Shown here in pieces: positions 27,264 through 37,322 of a stretch of DNA of 64,000 nucleotides. The notes under the pieces are model-generated. The model saw only the letters and a program-made list of their open reading frames with translations, made no database searches and had not been told where the DNA came from. The stretch spans positions 17,370 through 81,369 of the forward strand of contig JACRPH010000004.1 in assembly GCA_016214025.1 (NCBI GenBank). The letters are read 5' to 3'. This stretch comes from Candidatus Woesearchaeota archaeon (GTDB lineage Archaea > Nanobdellota > Nanobdellia > Woesearchaeales > GW2011-AR9). A program made the translations under genes and the position numbers. Position 1 is the stretch's first letter; each line of letters starts with the position of its first letter.

Positions 27264-27874
27264 CAGGGAAGGTTGGTTTTACCTAGTTCTTCTGGACTTA
27301 GACAGGTCTGCAAGATTGGACAGTACTTCTCTATATCCAGCTCTGGATTAAGTACAAATCCCGACAGAATATATTTAGAAGGGAGTATCACTACTTTCTT
27401 GCTTAACAGATTAATTTGAGCAATTTTATCACAGGCTAAGTCATTAGCTAACACCTCAAAACTGTTCTTATCCGCAAACTTTACTGCGAAATCATAGCTT
27501 AACGAACCTTGATCGCAGGGAAGCACAGCTTTTCTGACGGCATGAGTTTTAGTGGTTTTTACCACGCGAAACGAAGCGCTGGCATCTCTTTCATTTACCT
27601 GAACACAAAGATTAGCCGAGCTCACTAACGGATAAAATTGATTAGTGGCGATATTCTTCTCTAAAGTTGATTTTACTTCCAGTTCCAATTGCTCATTGGA
27701 TTGAAAATGGATGGCTTTTCCGGTAGTTATCCCGCGCAATAGAGGTAAGATTAGCAATAGTATTCCTCCCACGACCAGAAAAGTAATGATTAATTGGGTT
27801 AGCTTCTTGATCCGAGCAGGAGTTAGTGCTCGGTGCAGCCATGAAGAGATGGAAGATGGGGTTGGTTTGGACAT
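27260..27874 (-). CDS. Single-pass membrane or surface protein
   Basis: One TM helix followed by ITTGKAIHFQ and a Cys-containing extracellular domain. Confidence 0.65.
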   Translation of the reverse strand: MSKPTPSSISSWLHRALTPARIKKLTQLIITFLVVGGILLLILPLLRGITTGKAIHFQSNEQLELEVKSTLEKNIATNQFYPLVSSANLCVQVNERDASASFRVVKTTKTHAVRKAVLPCDQGSLSYDFAVKFADKNSFEVLANDLACDKIAQINLLSKKVVILPSKYILSGFVLNPELDIEKYCPILQTCLSPEELGKTNLPC

Positions 27875-27972
27875 TGTTTTCCTCTTTTAACATAAGAATA
27901 GGGGATTACATTTATATACTTTATTCTTTCACCAACTTTAAAAGAGAACTATATCGACCCGAGGTGTTTAAA

Positions 27973-29265
27973 ATGCTAGACCTTAACTTTGTGCGGAAAA
28001 ATCCAGATGCGGTAAAAGCATCCGAAAAAAGGCGCCATCATGATCCTAAATTAGTCGCTCAAGTATTGGACTTAGATGAGCAGTGGAAAAGAGAACTGAA
28101 AGTTGTAGAAGAATTAAAACACAAACGCAACGTAGTTTCTGAGGAAATTAACCAAGCTAAGAAACAGAAGAAAGAAGAGCTGGCCCAGAAAAAAATCAAA
28201 GAGATGCGGGAAGTTGCTGAGAATATCAAGAAGAGTGAAGAAAAAGTAAACCAATTATTGGAAAATAGAACCAAAACTCTTAAACAATTGGGAAATATAT
28301 TGCATGCTTCTGTTCCGGATGGTAAAGATGATTCCGAGAACGTGGAAATCAAGAAAGTGGGGGAAGTGCCTAAGTTTAACTTCCCCATCAAAGATCATAT
28401 AGAGCTGGGTCAGGAATTAGACTTGATTGACTTAGATACCGCGGCTAAAACTTCCGGCGCCAGATTTTATTATTTGAAGAATGAAGCGGTTCTGCTAAGC
28501 CAAGCGTTGCAGAGATTTGCTATTGACCGCTTATTGAAGAAAGGCTACACCCTTATCCAGACACCTTATATGTTGAATAAAGCGGCATTGGAAGGCGGAG
28601 TAAATCTATCCGAGTTTCAGGATACCATTTACAAGATTGAGAATGAGGATTTGTATCTAATCGGAACTTCGGAGCACCCATTAGTGGCTTTGAAAAAAGA
28701 TGAAGTGGTGGAAGAGAAAGAACTGCCGTTGAAAATTTGCGGAGTAAGCGCTTGCTTTAGAAAAGAGTTGGGAGCTCATGGCCGAGATGATAAAGGCATC
28801 TTTAGAGTGCACCAGTTCAATAAAGTGGAGCAGATAGTTTATTGCAAGCCTGAGGATTCCTACCAATTCTTTGATGAATTACAAAAAAACTCTGAAGAAA
28901 TGTTCAAAGAGCTGGAACTTCCTTTCCGAGTGGTCCAGATTTGTACCGGTGACATTGGAAATAAACAGGCGTTGCAGTACGATATTGAAGCGTGGATGCC
29001 GGGGCAGAACGATAAAAAAGGCAGTTATCGGGAAGTAACTTCCTGTTCTAATTGTACCGAGTATCAAGCCGTTACTTTAAACACTAAATTTATGCGCCAG
29101 AACGGAGAAAAAGAATACTTGCACATATTGAATAACACTGCTTTAACAGATACTAGACCAATTGTAGCTATTTTAGAGAACTTCCAGACCAAGAGCGGAA
29201 CAGTAAAGATACCCAAAGCATTGTGGCCGTATATGAATGGGATTAAGGAGATTGGGAGGAAGTAA
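27973..29265 (+). CDS. serS: Seryl-tRNA synthetase
   Basis: MLDLNFVR after GAGGTG SD; SGARFYYL, LIGTSEHP, FRKELG, GIFRVHQFNKVEQ, YDIEAWMP, EVTSCSNCT. Confidence 0.97.
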   Translation: MLDLNFVRKNPDAVKASEKRRHHDPKLVAQVLDLDEQWKRELKVVEELKHKRNVVSEEINQAKKQKKEELAQKKIKEMREVAENIKKSEEKVNQLLENRTKTLKQLGNILHASVPDGKDDSENVEIKKVGEVPKFNFPIKDHIELGQELDLIDLDTAAKTSGARFYYLKNEAVLLSQALQRFAIDRLLKKGYTLIQTPYMLNKAALEGGVNLSEFQDTIYKIENEDLYLIGTSEHPLVALKKDEVVEEKELPLKICGVSACFRKELGAHGRDDKGIFRVHQFNKVEQIVYCKPEDSYQFFDELQKNSEEMFKELELPFRVVQICTGDIGNKQALQYDIEAWMPGQNDKKGSYREVTSCSNCTEYQAVTLNTKFMRQNGEKEYLHILNNTALTDTRPIVAILENFQTKSGTVKIPKALWPYMNGIKEIGRK

Positions 29266-29276
29266 AAGAAATAGAT

Positions 29277-30182
29277 TTAATTCACTTTTTGCTTTAACAA
29301 TTCGCCCAATAAATTATGCAAACCTGAAGTATACTCTTTTTTTCCTAATGCTGCAAGCACTTTTTCTCTATTGTTCGGGTCAATAAGGTAGTTCACTGCA
29401 GTTTGTGGAGTTAATGAAACAATAAGTGATTCTTGCTGCATATCTGGAACCACCTCTTTTTGCGCGCCGCCTTCCATGTGCGTGGCCGGGGGGCTACGAC
29501 GCAGGAAACGACTGTCATTGCTTAGGTTGCCGTTACCGTAAGCAATGGAATTGCTATCAAGGTTACTGACATTGACCGCCCGTAATTTATCTGTCTTAAG
29601 AGAGTCTTGGTCTAAAACCCAAAAATTAGGAATAATCTCTTGGTTTTTAATCTCTTTTAACAGGGCTAAATACTCTCGATATACTTTTTCTTGTCCTTCT
29701 AACAAATCAATCCATCCCTCTCGTACAAAGTTTTGACTGCTGCGGTCTAATTCTACATCCTCTTTGAAAAAAGCATAATCTATGGGAAGAAACCCTTTTG
29801 AAAAATATTTACTTATTCCAACCAACTGTGGACACACATGCTTTAATTTTAGTTTGGGTAAGCCGGCTTTGTACGCGACTCCACAGCAGGAATCCAACCA
29901 AGTGTTGAAATATCTCAATCGCTCATCCATGCTTCTTGAACTGCCATCTGGATTAGTAAAAGTATTGAAATCTTCCAGGCGAGCTAAGATGTTTTCTAAG
30001 AAAGTATTACTGCGATACACCTTTCTTCCATAAAGAGCTATTTGGGGCTGATGCGGGTTTTTCTCTGCTTCGCAGGCTTTCTGCAGGGCATGCATGCCTA
30101 AGGCGTAAGTATTAGTTTGCGGCATTTGAATATAACTTTTTCTTTCAGAATCTGTTGCTTCATTGGTTTGTTCATTTGCCAT
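29277..30182 (-). CDS. Hypothetical protein with a DGR variable-region-like segment
   Basis: LRAVNVSNLDSNSIAYGNGNLSNDSRFL; 23 of 24 consecutive codons end in C/T. Confidence 0.6.
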   Translation of the reverse strand: MANEQTNEATDSERKSYIQMPQTNTYALGMHALQKACEAEKNPHQPQIALYGRKVYRSNTFLENILARLEDFNTFTNPDGSSRSMDERLRYFNTWLDSCCGVAYKAGLPKLKLKHVCPQLVGISKYFSKGFLPIDYAFFKEDVELDRSSQNFVREGWIDLLEGQEKVYREYLALLKEIKNQEIIPNFWVLDQDSLKTDKLRAVNVSNLDSNSIAYGNGNLSNDSRFLRRSPPATHMEGGAQKEVVPDMQQESLIVSLTPQTAVNYLIDPNNREKVLAALGKKEYTSGLHNLLGELLKQKVN

Positions 30183-30245
30183 GGTTTAGTTCACCTTTGA
30201 TTTCAGAAAGAGGTGAAGTTTATAAATATTTTTCTCTTTGATTAC

Positions 30246-30950
30246 CTAAAAGTAGAGATAAGGCTTTCTCTTATTCTCCTCAAATTTTTCGATGGCATAC
30301 CTTAGCATCGTTCTCGGCATAGTTGTATAATGCTTCTTTAGAAACTCTTCCTCTACTTCCTGATTTCTGTTGCCTATTTCTCTTAACATCCACCCTACTG
30401 CTTTGTGGATTAAATCGTGGTTGTCATTAAGTAGTATTTCTGCGATTTTTAATGTATCATCAAACTGTTCTTTACGAATAAACGCCTGAGTGGAAAGTAT
30501 CGCAATTCTTCTTTCCCACAAGTTGACTGACTTTGCCAGTTGATACAAGATGGACTTCTTTGTGTCTCCTTTATCTAACAAGTAGTCTCCTACAATATAC
30601 GGTGCAGATGAATCTACCAAGTCCCAATTGTTGATGTTTTTAGTGTTTTTGAGGTAAAAGTCAAAGAGCTCTTTTTTCTCGGTTTCGGTTGCTTTTTGAT
30701 ACTTGTTTATCAGAATGAATAATGCCGTTAATCTGTATTCATGAATGTTACTTGACAGCAGCTGCTGAAGTTCGGACAAAGATAGCTTGGAATACTTTTT
30801 AGCTGCTTCCCTTTGCTCTGGCACTACAATTCCCAGAAATTTGTCTCCTTCGCCATATTCTCCTTTTCCGGTTTTGAAGAATTTAGCGTAGAGCTCCGCT
30901 TTTTCAGCATCGGCAAGCTTAGCTAAATCTTGTTGAAGTGAGATGAGCAT
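30246..30950 (-). CDS. DNA alkylation repair protein (AlkD-like HEAT repeat)
   Basis: FFKTGKGEYGEGDKFLG, NNWDLVD, WERRIAI, HDLIHKAVGWMLREIG, MPRTMLRYAIEK. ATG 30950 preferred. Confidence 0.9.
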   Translation of the reverse strand: MLISLQQDLAKLADAEKAELYAKFFKTGKGEYGEGDKFLGIVVPEQREAAKKYSKLSLSELQQLLSSNIHEYRLTALFILINKYQKATETEKKELFDFYLKNTKNINNWDLVDSSAPYIVGDYLLDKGDTKKSILYQLAKSVNLWERRIAILSTQAFIRKEQFDDTLKIAEILLNDNHDLIHKAVGWMLREIGNRNQEVEEEFLKKHYTTMPRTMLRYAIEKFEENKRKPYLYF

Positions 30951-31013
30951 AATAGCAGATAAAGCCAGGGGAATATAAATCTTTTTATAAACCCAACTCT
31001 CTTCTATGTTCTT

Positions 31014-32129
31014 ATGCACCTCCATCGCGTTAAATATAAAGACATTGAACAGCTTCCTAACCTCCAGATAAAAAAAGATTTCAAGAAAGATTTTCAGGGA
31101 AGCTCTCCCTCTATCTTCATTGGAAAGCTTTGGAGCAAGGGCAAGTTTGGGATAGGGACTATTGCCAGCATGCGCTACGGCTTGGTTAATTCCCGAGCGA
31201 AGTGGAACGTTAAAGAAGTGCATAAGCAGAACCGCTTATTGGATATCTGTAAGGAAGTAGGGATGGCTTCTAATTCAGTGGAACTGGAAGTAAATTTGAA
31301 AGAGCAACCTAAGCTTAATCTTCAGCCGGAGAAAGAGATAATTCCGTTTGGGCCGCAGGGAGAAGTGAGAAAAGCCAGAGTTACGGCTAATCCAACAGTT
31401 GATTCCAGAGTGGAAAGAATTGTTTCAGATACGGATTTAAAAGCAGTAGAAGGAGTATTAAGTTTGTACCGTAAAGGCTTTGAAGAGAATTTTCTGACTA
31501 AATTGCTTTCTTCGGGAAGTATGGGATTGGAAGCTAATAGAAAATTAGTGCCGACTCGCTGGTCTATTACCGCAGTTGATGATACCATTGGAAAAAAATT
31601 GATTACTACTGTAAAAGACTTTCCTACAGGAGAGTTTCAAGTGTATTTCGGCGGAGAATGGGGAAACTATTATTTAATATTGTTTTTTCCGGAAGTGTGG
31701 AGTTTTGAATTGTTTGAGATGTATCTGGAACATAAGCTCAATCCGTGGAGCAAAGCCGGAAATTTTTATTCTACTGATTATGAAGATTATTCGGGAAGAA
31801 AGAATTACGCCGAAGAATGTGCTGGCGGCTACTATGCCTGCAGGTTAGGGGTGCTGGATAAATTAAACGAGCTAAAACGGCAGGGTTCGGTGTTAGTGTT
31901 TAGATTTATTACTCCCGAATATAATGTTCCATTAGGAGTATGGGTGTGCCGGGAAGCCACCCGAAAGAGCATGAATGAAAAGCCGTTGACGTTTGGTTCG
32001 CAGGAATTGATGCTGAAATACGCGAAAGAATTCATCAAGAATAAGTTCGGGTTTGAATTAGAGCAGTTGCTGAAGGAGAGCAAATTGCTGAAAGAGAAGA
32101 AGGTGCAGAGGAGGTTAAGTGAATTTTAA
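31014..32129 (+). CDS. Nre-family DNA repair protein with apparent short internal deletion
   Basis: GSSPSIFIG, RKLVPTRWSITAVD, GGYYACR, YNVPLGVWVCRE, C-terminal PIP box QRRLSEF. The usual GYP.V.VG segment after GSSP.F.G is absent. Confidence 0.85.
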   Translation: MHLHRVKYKDIEQLPNLQIKKDFKKDFQGSSPSIFIGKLWSKGKFGIGTIASMRYGLVNSRAKWNVKEVHKQNRLLDICKEVGMASNSVELEVNLKEQPKLNLQPEKEIIPFGPQGEVRKARVTANPTVDSRVERIVSDTDLKAVEGVLSLYRKGFEENFLTKLLSSGSMGLEANRKLVPTRWSITAVDDTIGKKLITTVKDFPTGEFQVYFGGEWGNYYLILFFPEVWSFELFEMYLEHKLNPWSKAGNFYSTDYEDYSGRKNYAEECAGGYYACRLGVLDKLNELKRQGSVLVFRFITPEYNVPLGVWVCREATRKSMNEKPLTFGSQELMLKYAKEFIKNKFGFELEQLLKESKLLKEKKVQRRLSEF

Positions 32130-32203
32130 ACAGTTATTTAATGTAATGCTTTAACTTCTTCATTACCACAATTCATATAAATCTCTTATCTATCATAATT
32201 CCC

Positions 32204-33430
32204 ATGAAATACGCCCATCTTGCAGATCTGCACTTAGGCTCGTGGAGAGATGAAAAGATGCGCGAGCTGTCCACACAGGCATTTCTGAAAGCTATCGAGC
32301 AGTGTGTTTCACAACAAGTTGATTTTATCCTCTTCTCCGGAGATTTGTTTAATACCTCTCTGCCGTCTTTGGATACGCTTAAGATTGTAACTAAGACGCT
32401 AAAAGAACTGCAGGAAAAAAATATTCCGCTGTATGCTATTGCCGGCTCGCATGATTTTTCTCCCAGCGGAAAAACCATGTTAGATGTGCTGGAGAATGCG
32501 GGATTATTGGTTAATGTATGTAAAGGCTATGTTAATCCGGAAACGCATCAATTACATCTGAAATTTACCTCAGATCAGAAAACCGAAGCCAAGATAACTG
32601 GAATGCTGGGGAAGAAAGGCCTGCTCGACAAAGTATATTACCAGAACCTGCATTTAGATGATCTGGAACGGGAAGAGGGGTATAAAATATTTTTGTTTCA
32701 CACTACGCTATCCGAATTAAAGCCCAAGCATTTAGAGAAGCTGGAATCACAGCCGCTTTCTTTTTTGCCCAAGAAGTTTAATTATTATGCTGGTGGGCAT
32801 ATTCATCATCCGACGTTAGTCGAACAAGAGGGATATGGCACTTTAACTTATCCTGGAGCGTTGTTTCCAAATAACTTTGCGGAATTGGAGCAGTACGGAA
32901 AAGGGGGATATTACTTAATTACGGTTGAGAATAACTCCCAGAAAATAGATTGGGTCCCATTAGAGATGATAAAACACCACAAACTCGTTCTTAACTGTAC
33001 GCATAAAACTCCGGATACGATTACTACTGCAATTATTGATCATTTCCATTATTTAGATTTAATTGATACTTTGGTTACCATTCGACTTAACGGAGCATTA
33101 GAAAGCGGAAGAACCGCAGATATTGATTTCAAGAGAATATTTGAGCAATTATATGCGCAGAAAGCGTATTTTGTAATGAAGAATACTTCCGGATTGGAAG
33201 CAGAAGAATTTGAAGAGATAAAAATATCTTCAGCTGATTCTGAACTGGTGGAAGAGCAGCTTATCCGAGAACATTTAGGACAAGTAAAGCTGTTTGATTT
33301 AGACACAGAATTTAATTTGACTAAATCGCTTCTGTCGGTGTTGAACACTACTAAACTTGAAGGAGAAACTGTAGCTGATTTCCAGAAGCGGGTGGAAGAG
33401 GGAGTGAATAAAGTCATAGGTGTGAACTAA
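32204..33430 (+). CDS. mre11: Mre11/SbcD nuclease
   Basis: HLADLHLG, SGDLFN, IAGSHD, FH, YYAGGHIH, YPG phosphoesterase motifs. Confidence 0.9.
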   Translation: MKYAHLADLHLGSWRDEKMRELSTQAFLKAIEQCVSQQVDFILFSGDLFNTSLPSLDTLKIVTKTLKELQEKNIPLYAIAGSHDFSPSGKTMLDVLENAGLLVNVCKGYVNPETHQLHLKFTSDQKTEAKITGMLGKKGLLDKVYYQNLHLDDLEREEGYKIFLFHTTLSELKPKHLEKLESQPLSFLPKKFNYYAGGHIHHPTLVEQEGYGTLTYPGALFPNNFAELEQYGKGGYYLITVENNSQKIDWVPLEMIKHHKLVLNCTHKTPDTITTAIIDHFHYLDLIDTLVTIRLNGALESGRTADIDFKRIFEQLYAQKAYFVMKNTSGLEAEEFEEIKISSADSELVEEQLIREHLGQVKLFDLDTEFNLTKSLLSVLNTTKLEGETVADFQKRVEEGVNKVIGVN

Positions 33431-33431
33431 T

Positions 33432-33488
33432 TGCCCACCCATAATGTTATAGTAAATTGCAAAAATAATGGAACATTATGGGCGGGCA
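33432..33488. repeat. 57-bp hairpin element, 34 bp of which recur at 51918
   Basis: TGCCCACCCATAATGTT / AACATTATGGGCGGGCA arms (16/17 complementary), between convergent genes. Confidence 0.75.
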
Positions 33489-33532
33489 TATGTGTTCATA
33501 TTTGGGGGGGAATTATATAAAATGTTTGGTGA

Positions 33533-34171
33533 TTAAAATTTCAAAAAGTTAATGCACTTGTTCAAATCTTGCGAAGAAATAATAAAGATGGTATCCGTCC
33601 AGCAGGAAAAGAATTCGCTGATATTAACGCCATTCTCTGAGAATAATGAAGTAAGATAAGAAATTACCCCGCAGGTGGTTTCTATCTCTTTAGGAGACTT
33701 TATGTTAATTAAAGCCAGATGGCGGTTAGTTTTAATAATATCTCCTTTAAACTTCCGCTCAAAATTACTGGCGTATTTCTCTTGGGTAATAATGGTATAA
33801 TTGTTTGACCCCTCCAATGCATAAAACAAGCCTGATTCTTTTTTGATGTTATTTTGGATTATTCCTAAAGATTCGAAAGTAGGGCTTTTCTTTAGAATAA
33901 AAACGACAATCTTATTTCTGATCTCAATCTCTGATTTGGAAAGAAGAGTAATTATATCTGAATCAGCCGTGCTCTCTTTCTTTAGCTTGTCCTGAAGCCT
34001 TATGGCCGCAATCAAGATGGCTTCCTTGGAAGTTTTTTTCTCAATATCCAGCTCTTTAGCGATGAATCTGGCGAGAGAAGAATAATTTATCAGCCCTTTC
34101 TTCAAGCAATGCTTAATATGGGGATGCTCGCGGATGTATTCATGAGTTAATTCAGTAGTATTTTTCTCCAT
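33533..34171 (-). CDS. ACT-domain-containing putative regulator
   Basis: LKKGLINYSSLARFI N-terminus and GVISYLTSLFSENGVNISEFFSCWTDTIFII ACT domain. Divergent from argG. Confidence 0.8.
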   Translation of the reverse strand: MEKNTTELTHEYIREHPHIKHCLKKGLINYSSLARFIAKELDIEKKTSKEAILIAAIRLQDKLKKESTADSDIITLLSKSEIEIRNKIVVFILKKSPTFESLGIIQNNIKKESGLFYALEGSNNYTIITQEKYASNFERKFKGDIIKTNRHLALINIKSPKEIETTCGVISYLTSLFSENGVNISEFFSCWTDTIFIISSQDLNKCINFLKF

Positions 34172-34295
34172 TATCCCCTTTATAAATCACAATAATATAT
34201 AAACTTTACTATCTTGTTCCAAATCGAACAACTTTGTTTACTTTTGTTTGGTATTGGTCACTAGATATAAATCTTTATTATTATCCCCTACCTAA

Positions 34296-34898
34296 ATGAA
34301 ACAAAAAATCGTATTGGCATATTCCGGAGGATTAGATACTTCTGTAATACTGAAATGGCTATTAGAGAAAGGCTACGAAGTGGTCTGTTATATCGCTGAT
34401 GTGGGGCAGAAAGAAGATTTTGTTCAGGCAAAGTCAAAAGCGTTGGCTATCGGAGCCAGCAAAGTATATGTGGAAGATTTAAAAGAGGAATTTGTTAGCA
34501 AATATATTTTCCAAGCGTTAAAAGCCAATGCTGTTTACGAAGGGAAATACCTGCTGGGAACTTCTCTGGCCAGGCCATTAATTGCCCAGAAACATATTGA
34601 AATTGCTAAGCCAAAAATAGCGGAATTAATTTACAATGGATTTTGGTTCAGCCCGGAATTTGAATTTTTAATGGCAGCGATAAATAAAAGCCAGGAAAAT
34701 GTGGAGGGAAAAGTGTATTTGACTCTGTACAAAAGCAACGCTTATGTTACCGGGCGTGAATCTAAGAAATCTTTGTATGACCAAAACATTGCCAGCATGG
34801 ATAAATCTGGAGGATATGACCAGACTGATGCCAGCGGCTTCATCAAAATCAATGCCCTGCGCTTAAAATTGGGGGCTCAAGATGAAACTATGGGATAA
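34296..34898 (+). pseudogene. argG: Argininosuccinate synthase with large in-frame internal deletion
   Basis: [23 protein letters not shown] joined directly to [13 protein letters not shown]...[13 protein letters not shown]. 200 aa versus about 400 aa typical. Confidence 0.88.
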
Positions 34899-34958
34899 AA
34901 ATTAGTAAAAACTATCTTTCAAGTTTACCAATTGGCGATGGTTTTTACTCTAAAAGAG

Positions 34959-35723
34959 ATGGAAAACATACGCATTACTCTGGAAACGTTGTACGATATT
35001 CTCAGAAATGAGAAGAAAAGAGAGGATTTACAGAAGTTAGATTCATCTATCTATGTGGATATCGTTAATTACTTTAAAGAAAAAGTTTCTTTCCTGGAAA
35101 AGCGGAAAAGTGACAAAGATCTGTTCTCCTCCGGAGAAGTGGATAAGATGGAATATGAATTAAGAAGCATCCGCCGGATTCTTAAAGAGCTATATGAGAA
35201 GCGGGAGAAGAAAATAATTGATATCGCCCTGAATAAAAGCAGAACCGGCTCAGAAATCATAGACACCAGCTCCATGCTGCCAGAAGAGAAAGAATTCTAT
35301 CTAAGAACTCTAGCAAATTTAGATGAATTCCGAAGAGGTATCTTGTTCAACATTTTCAAAGGAGAAATTCCGGAGATAGTCGGATTAACTGTGCAAAGAA
35401 AATTGGCTGATGTTGGTATAGAAGCATATGAAGATACATCACCGCCGGTTAATACGAGCAGTACTACTCAGAATAAACTAACTGAGCCCACACCAGAACC
35501 ACAGAAATTACTTGAAGTTCCATCTGGACCATTAAAACCAGCAGAACCACCAACCCCTTTACCAGAAGCCAAGAAAACTAAAATCAAATTCATTCAGCCG
35601 GTGCCCAGCTTTGTGTGGAAAGACATGAAAGTATATGGGCCATTCAGCGTAGGAGACGAAACTGAAATATTCACTGAAGTGGCTGAGTTAATCGTTAGAA
35701 AAGGAAGAGCAGTCAAAGTTTAA
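34959..35723 (+). CDS. GINS complex subunit (Gins15/Gins51 type)
   Basis: LYDILRNEK, LQKLD, LYEKREKKII..A, MLPEEKEFY, Pro-rich linker, B-domain YGPF..GD...AELIVRKGRA. Confidence 0.85.
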   Translation: MENIRITLETLYDILRNEKKREDLQKLDSSIYVDIVNYFKEKVSFLEKRKSDKDLFSSGEVDKMEYELRSIRRILKELYEKREKKIIDIALNKSRTGSEIIDTSSMLPEEKEFYLRTLANLDEFRRGILFNIFKGEIPEIVGLTVQRKLADVGIEAYEDTSPPVNTSSTTQNKLTEPTPEPQKLLEVPSGPLKPAEPPTPLPEAKKTKIKFIQPVPSFVWKDMKVYGPFSVGDETEIFTEVAELIVRKGRAVKV

Positions 35724-35765
35724 AAGAGTAAAAGTATAAAAACAACACTAAAAAAAGACCTAAAA

Positions 35766-36461
35766 ATGCCAACCATCTCGGTAGTTATCCCTGCGTGTAA
35801 TGAGGAGAAGTACATCGAAGCTACTTTAAACAGCCTTAAACAACAGGAGTTTAATGATTATGAGACTATCGTAGTGTGCAATGGATGTACGGATAATACT
35901 GAATCTATTGCTAAACAGCATGAAGGGGAAAATACTACTGTAATTTCTTTCCCGGAGGCTAACGTAAGCAAAGCTCGAAACATTGGTGCAAGCAAGGCCA
36001 GTGGAAGCGTTTTATTGTTCTTGGATGCCGATTCCACTTTAGAGCAAGATGCACTGAGCAAGATAAATGAACAATTTATGGATAATCATTACGCTGCGAC
36101 AACTAAAGCGAAGCCTGGCACCCCCTCACTTAAGTTTAATCTGGCACTAGGATTGAAGAATTTTTACCTATCTACCGGATTGTATGAAGGCTGCAGCGGA
36201 GCGTTAATCTGCAGGAGAGGAGATTTTGATAAAGTTAATGGTTACGATTCAGCTCTTATTGTAAAAGAGCACCGCAAGCTGATCATTAAATTGAAGCGGG
36301 CTACCCAGAAAGAATTTGTGTGCATTAATACTCACCTCACAACATCTATGCGCCGGTATCAGCAATGGGGATTATCTAAGTCAGCAGTATTCTGGACTAA
36401 ACAATGGCTGAAGAATTACTTGGGCGATTTGAAGAAAAGTGAGTATGAGAAAATCCGTTAG
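35766..36461 (+). CDS. Glycosyltransferase family 2
   Basis: ISVVIPACNEE, GCTDNT, ARNIGA, LLFLDADS, TSMRR. Confidence 0.9.
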   Translation: MPTISVVIPACNEEKYIEATLNSLKQQEFNDYETIVVCNGCTDNTESIAKQHEGENTTVISFPEANVSKARNIGASKASGSVLLFLDADSTLEQDALSKINEQFMDNHYAATTKAKPGTPSLKFNLALGLKNFYLSTGLYEGCSGALICRRGDFDKVNGYDSALIVKEHRKLIIKLKRATQKEFVCINTHLTTSMRRYQQWGLSKSAVFWTKQWLKNYLGDLKKSEYEKIR

Positions 36462-36492
36462 CTTTTTTAACTAGAACCATTTCCTTAGCGAT

Positions 36493-37038
36493 ATGATCAT
36501 CACTATCTCCGGAGCGTTAGGCTCAGGTAAAAGCACCGTGGCTAAGCTTGTCGCCCAGAAATTAAACTTGAAACATTATTCTACCGGAGATTTTATGCGC
36601 GAAATCGCCATTAAAAGGGACCTGACCTTATTAGAATTAAGCAAACTGGCTGAAAAAGATCCTTCTGTAGATAAAGAGTTAGATGAACGGCAGATCCGCT
36701 TAGGCAAAAAAGAAGACAATTTTATCATTGATGCCCGATTAGGCTGGCATTTCATTCCCCATTCAGTAAAAGTATTCTTAGACGTAACTGATGAAGAAGC
36801 TGCCCGAAGAATCTTTGCCGAAAGAAGAGCAGATGAAAAGTATAATACTACTTTAAAGAAAACGCTAGAAAACATTAAACGCAGAAAAGAATCGGAGACT
36901 AAGCGTTACCGGCAGTATTATGGAGTGAATTATTTCGACCTGAAGAATTATGATTTGGTGGTGGACACTACAAAGTTAACTGCAGTTCAAGCAGCAGAGA
37001 AAATTGGGCGGTTTGTGCGTAATATTTTAGCAAAGTGA
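36493..37038 (+). CDS. cmk: Cytidylate kinase (archaeal type)
   Basis: ITISGALGSGKSTVA, STGDFMREIA, IIDARLG, RYRQYYG, YDLVVDT. Confidence 0.9.
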   Translation: MIITISGALGSGKSTVAKLVAQKLNLKHYSTGDFMREIAIKRDLTLLELSKLAEKDPSVDKELDERQIRLGKKEDNFIIDARLGWHFIPHSVKVFLDVTDEEAARRIFAERRADEKYNTTLKKTLENIKRRKESETKRYRQYYGVNYFDLKNYDLVVDTTKLTAVQAAEKIGRFVRNILAK

Positions 37039-37137
37039 AGCACCACTAAAGCATCCGGGGAGTTCTGCGATTAGTTTCAAGTTTAATTTTTTGGATTAAC
37101 TTTTATTTTTGTCCGGCACTATAGATTAAGAGGCGGA

Positions 37138-37212
37138 TTATCTCACATAAGCCATCGCTACATACCCCACCACCCTACTTTTATCCCCGGGCGTGTCTCC
37201 GGAATTGCGGTA
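37138..37212 (-). pseudogene. Relic duplicate of the amrB/MEMO1 3' end
   Basis: Encodes YRNSGDTPGDKSRVVGYVAMAYVR*. 37145-37212 matches 38591-38658 at 58/68 nt by manual count. Confidence 0.85.
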
Positions 37213-37322
37213 AACCTTCTAAATTCACTTCCTTCCCCGGGAAACCGCTATAATCCTACCCTTTCCCGGGAATCCCGGTAGAAATAGCAACATTTATAAA
37301 TAAAAGCCAATTCCCGGTAAGG

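Noticed and set aside
33432..33488. Integron attC site
   Set aside because: The ends read CATAAT/ATTATG rather than the AAC/GTT core, and no integron integrase or cassette array is in the window. Kept only as an unexplained repeat.
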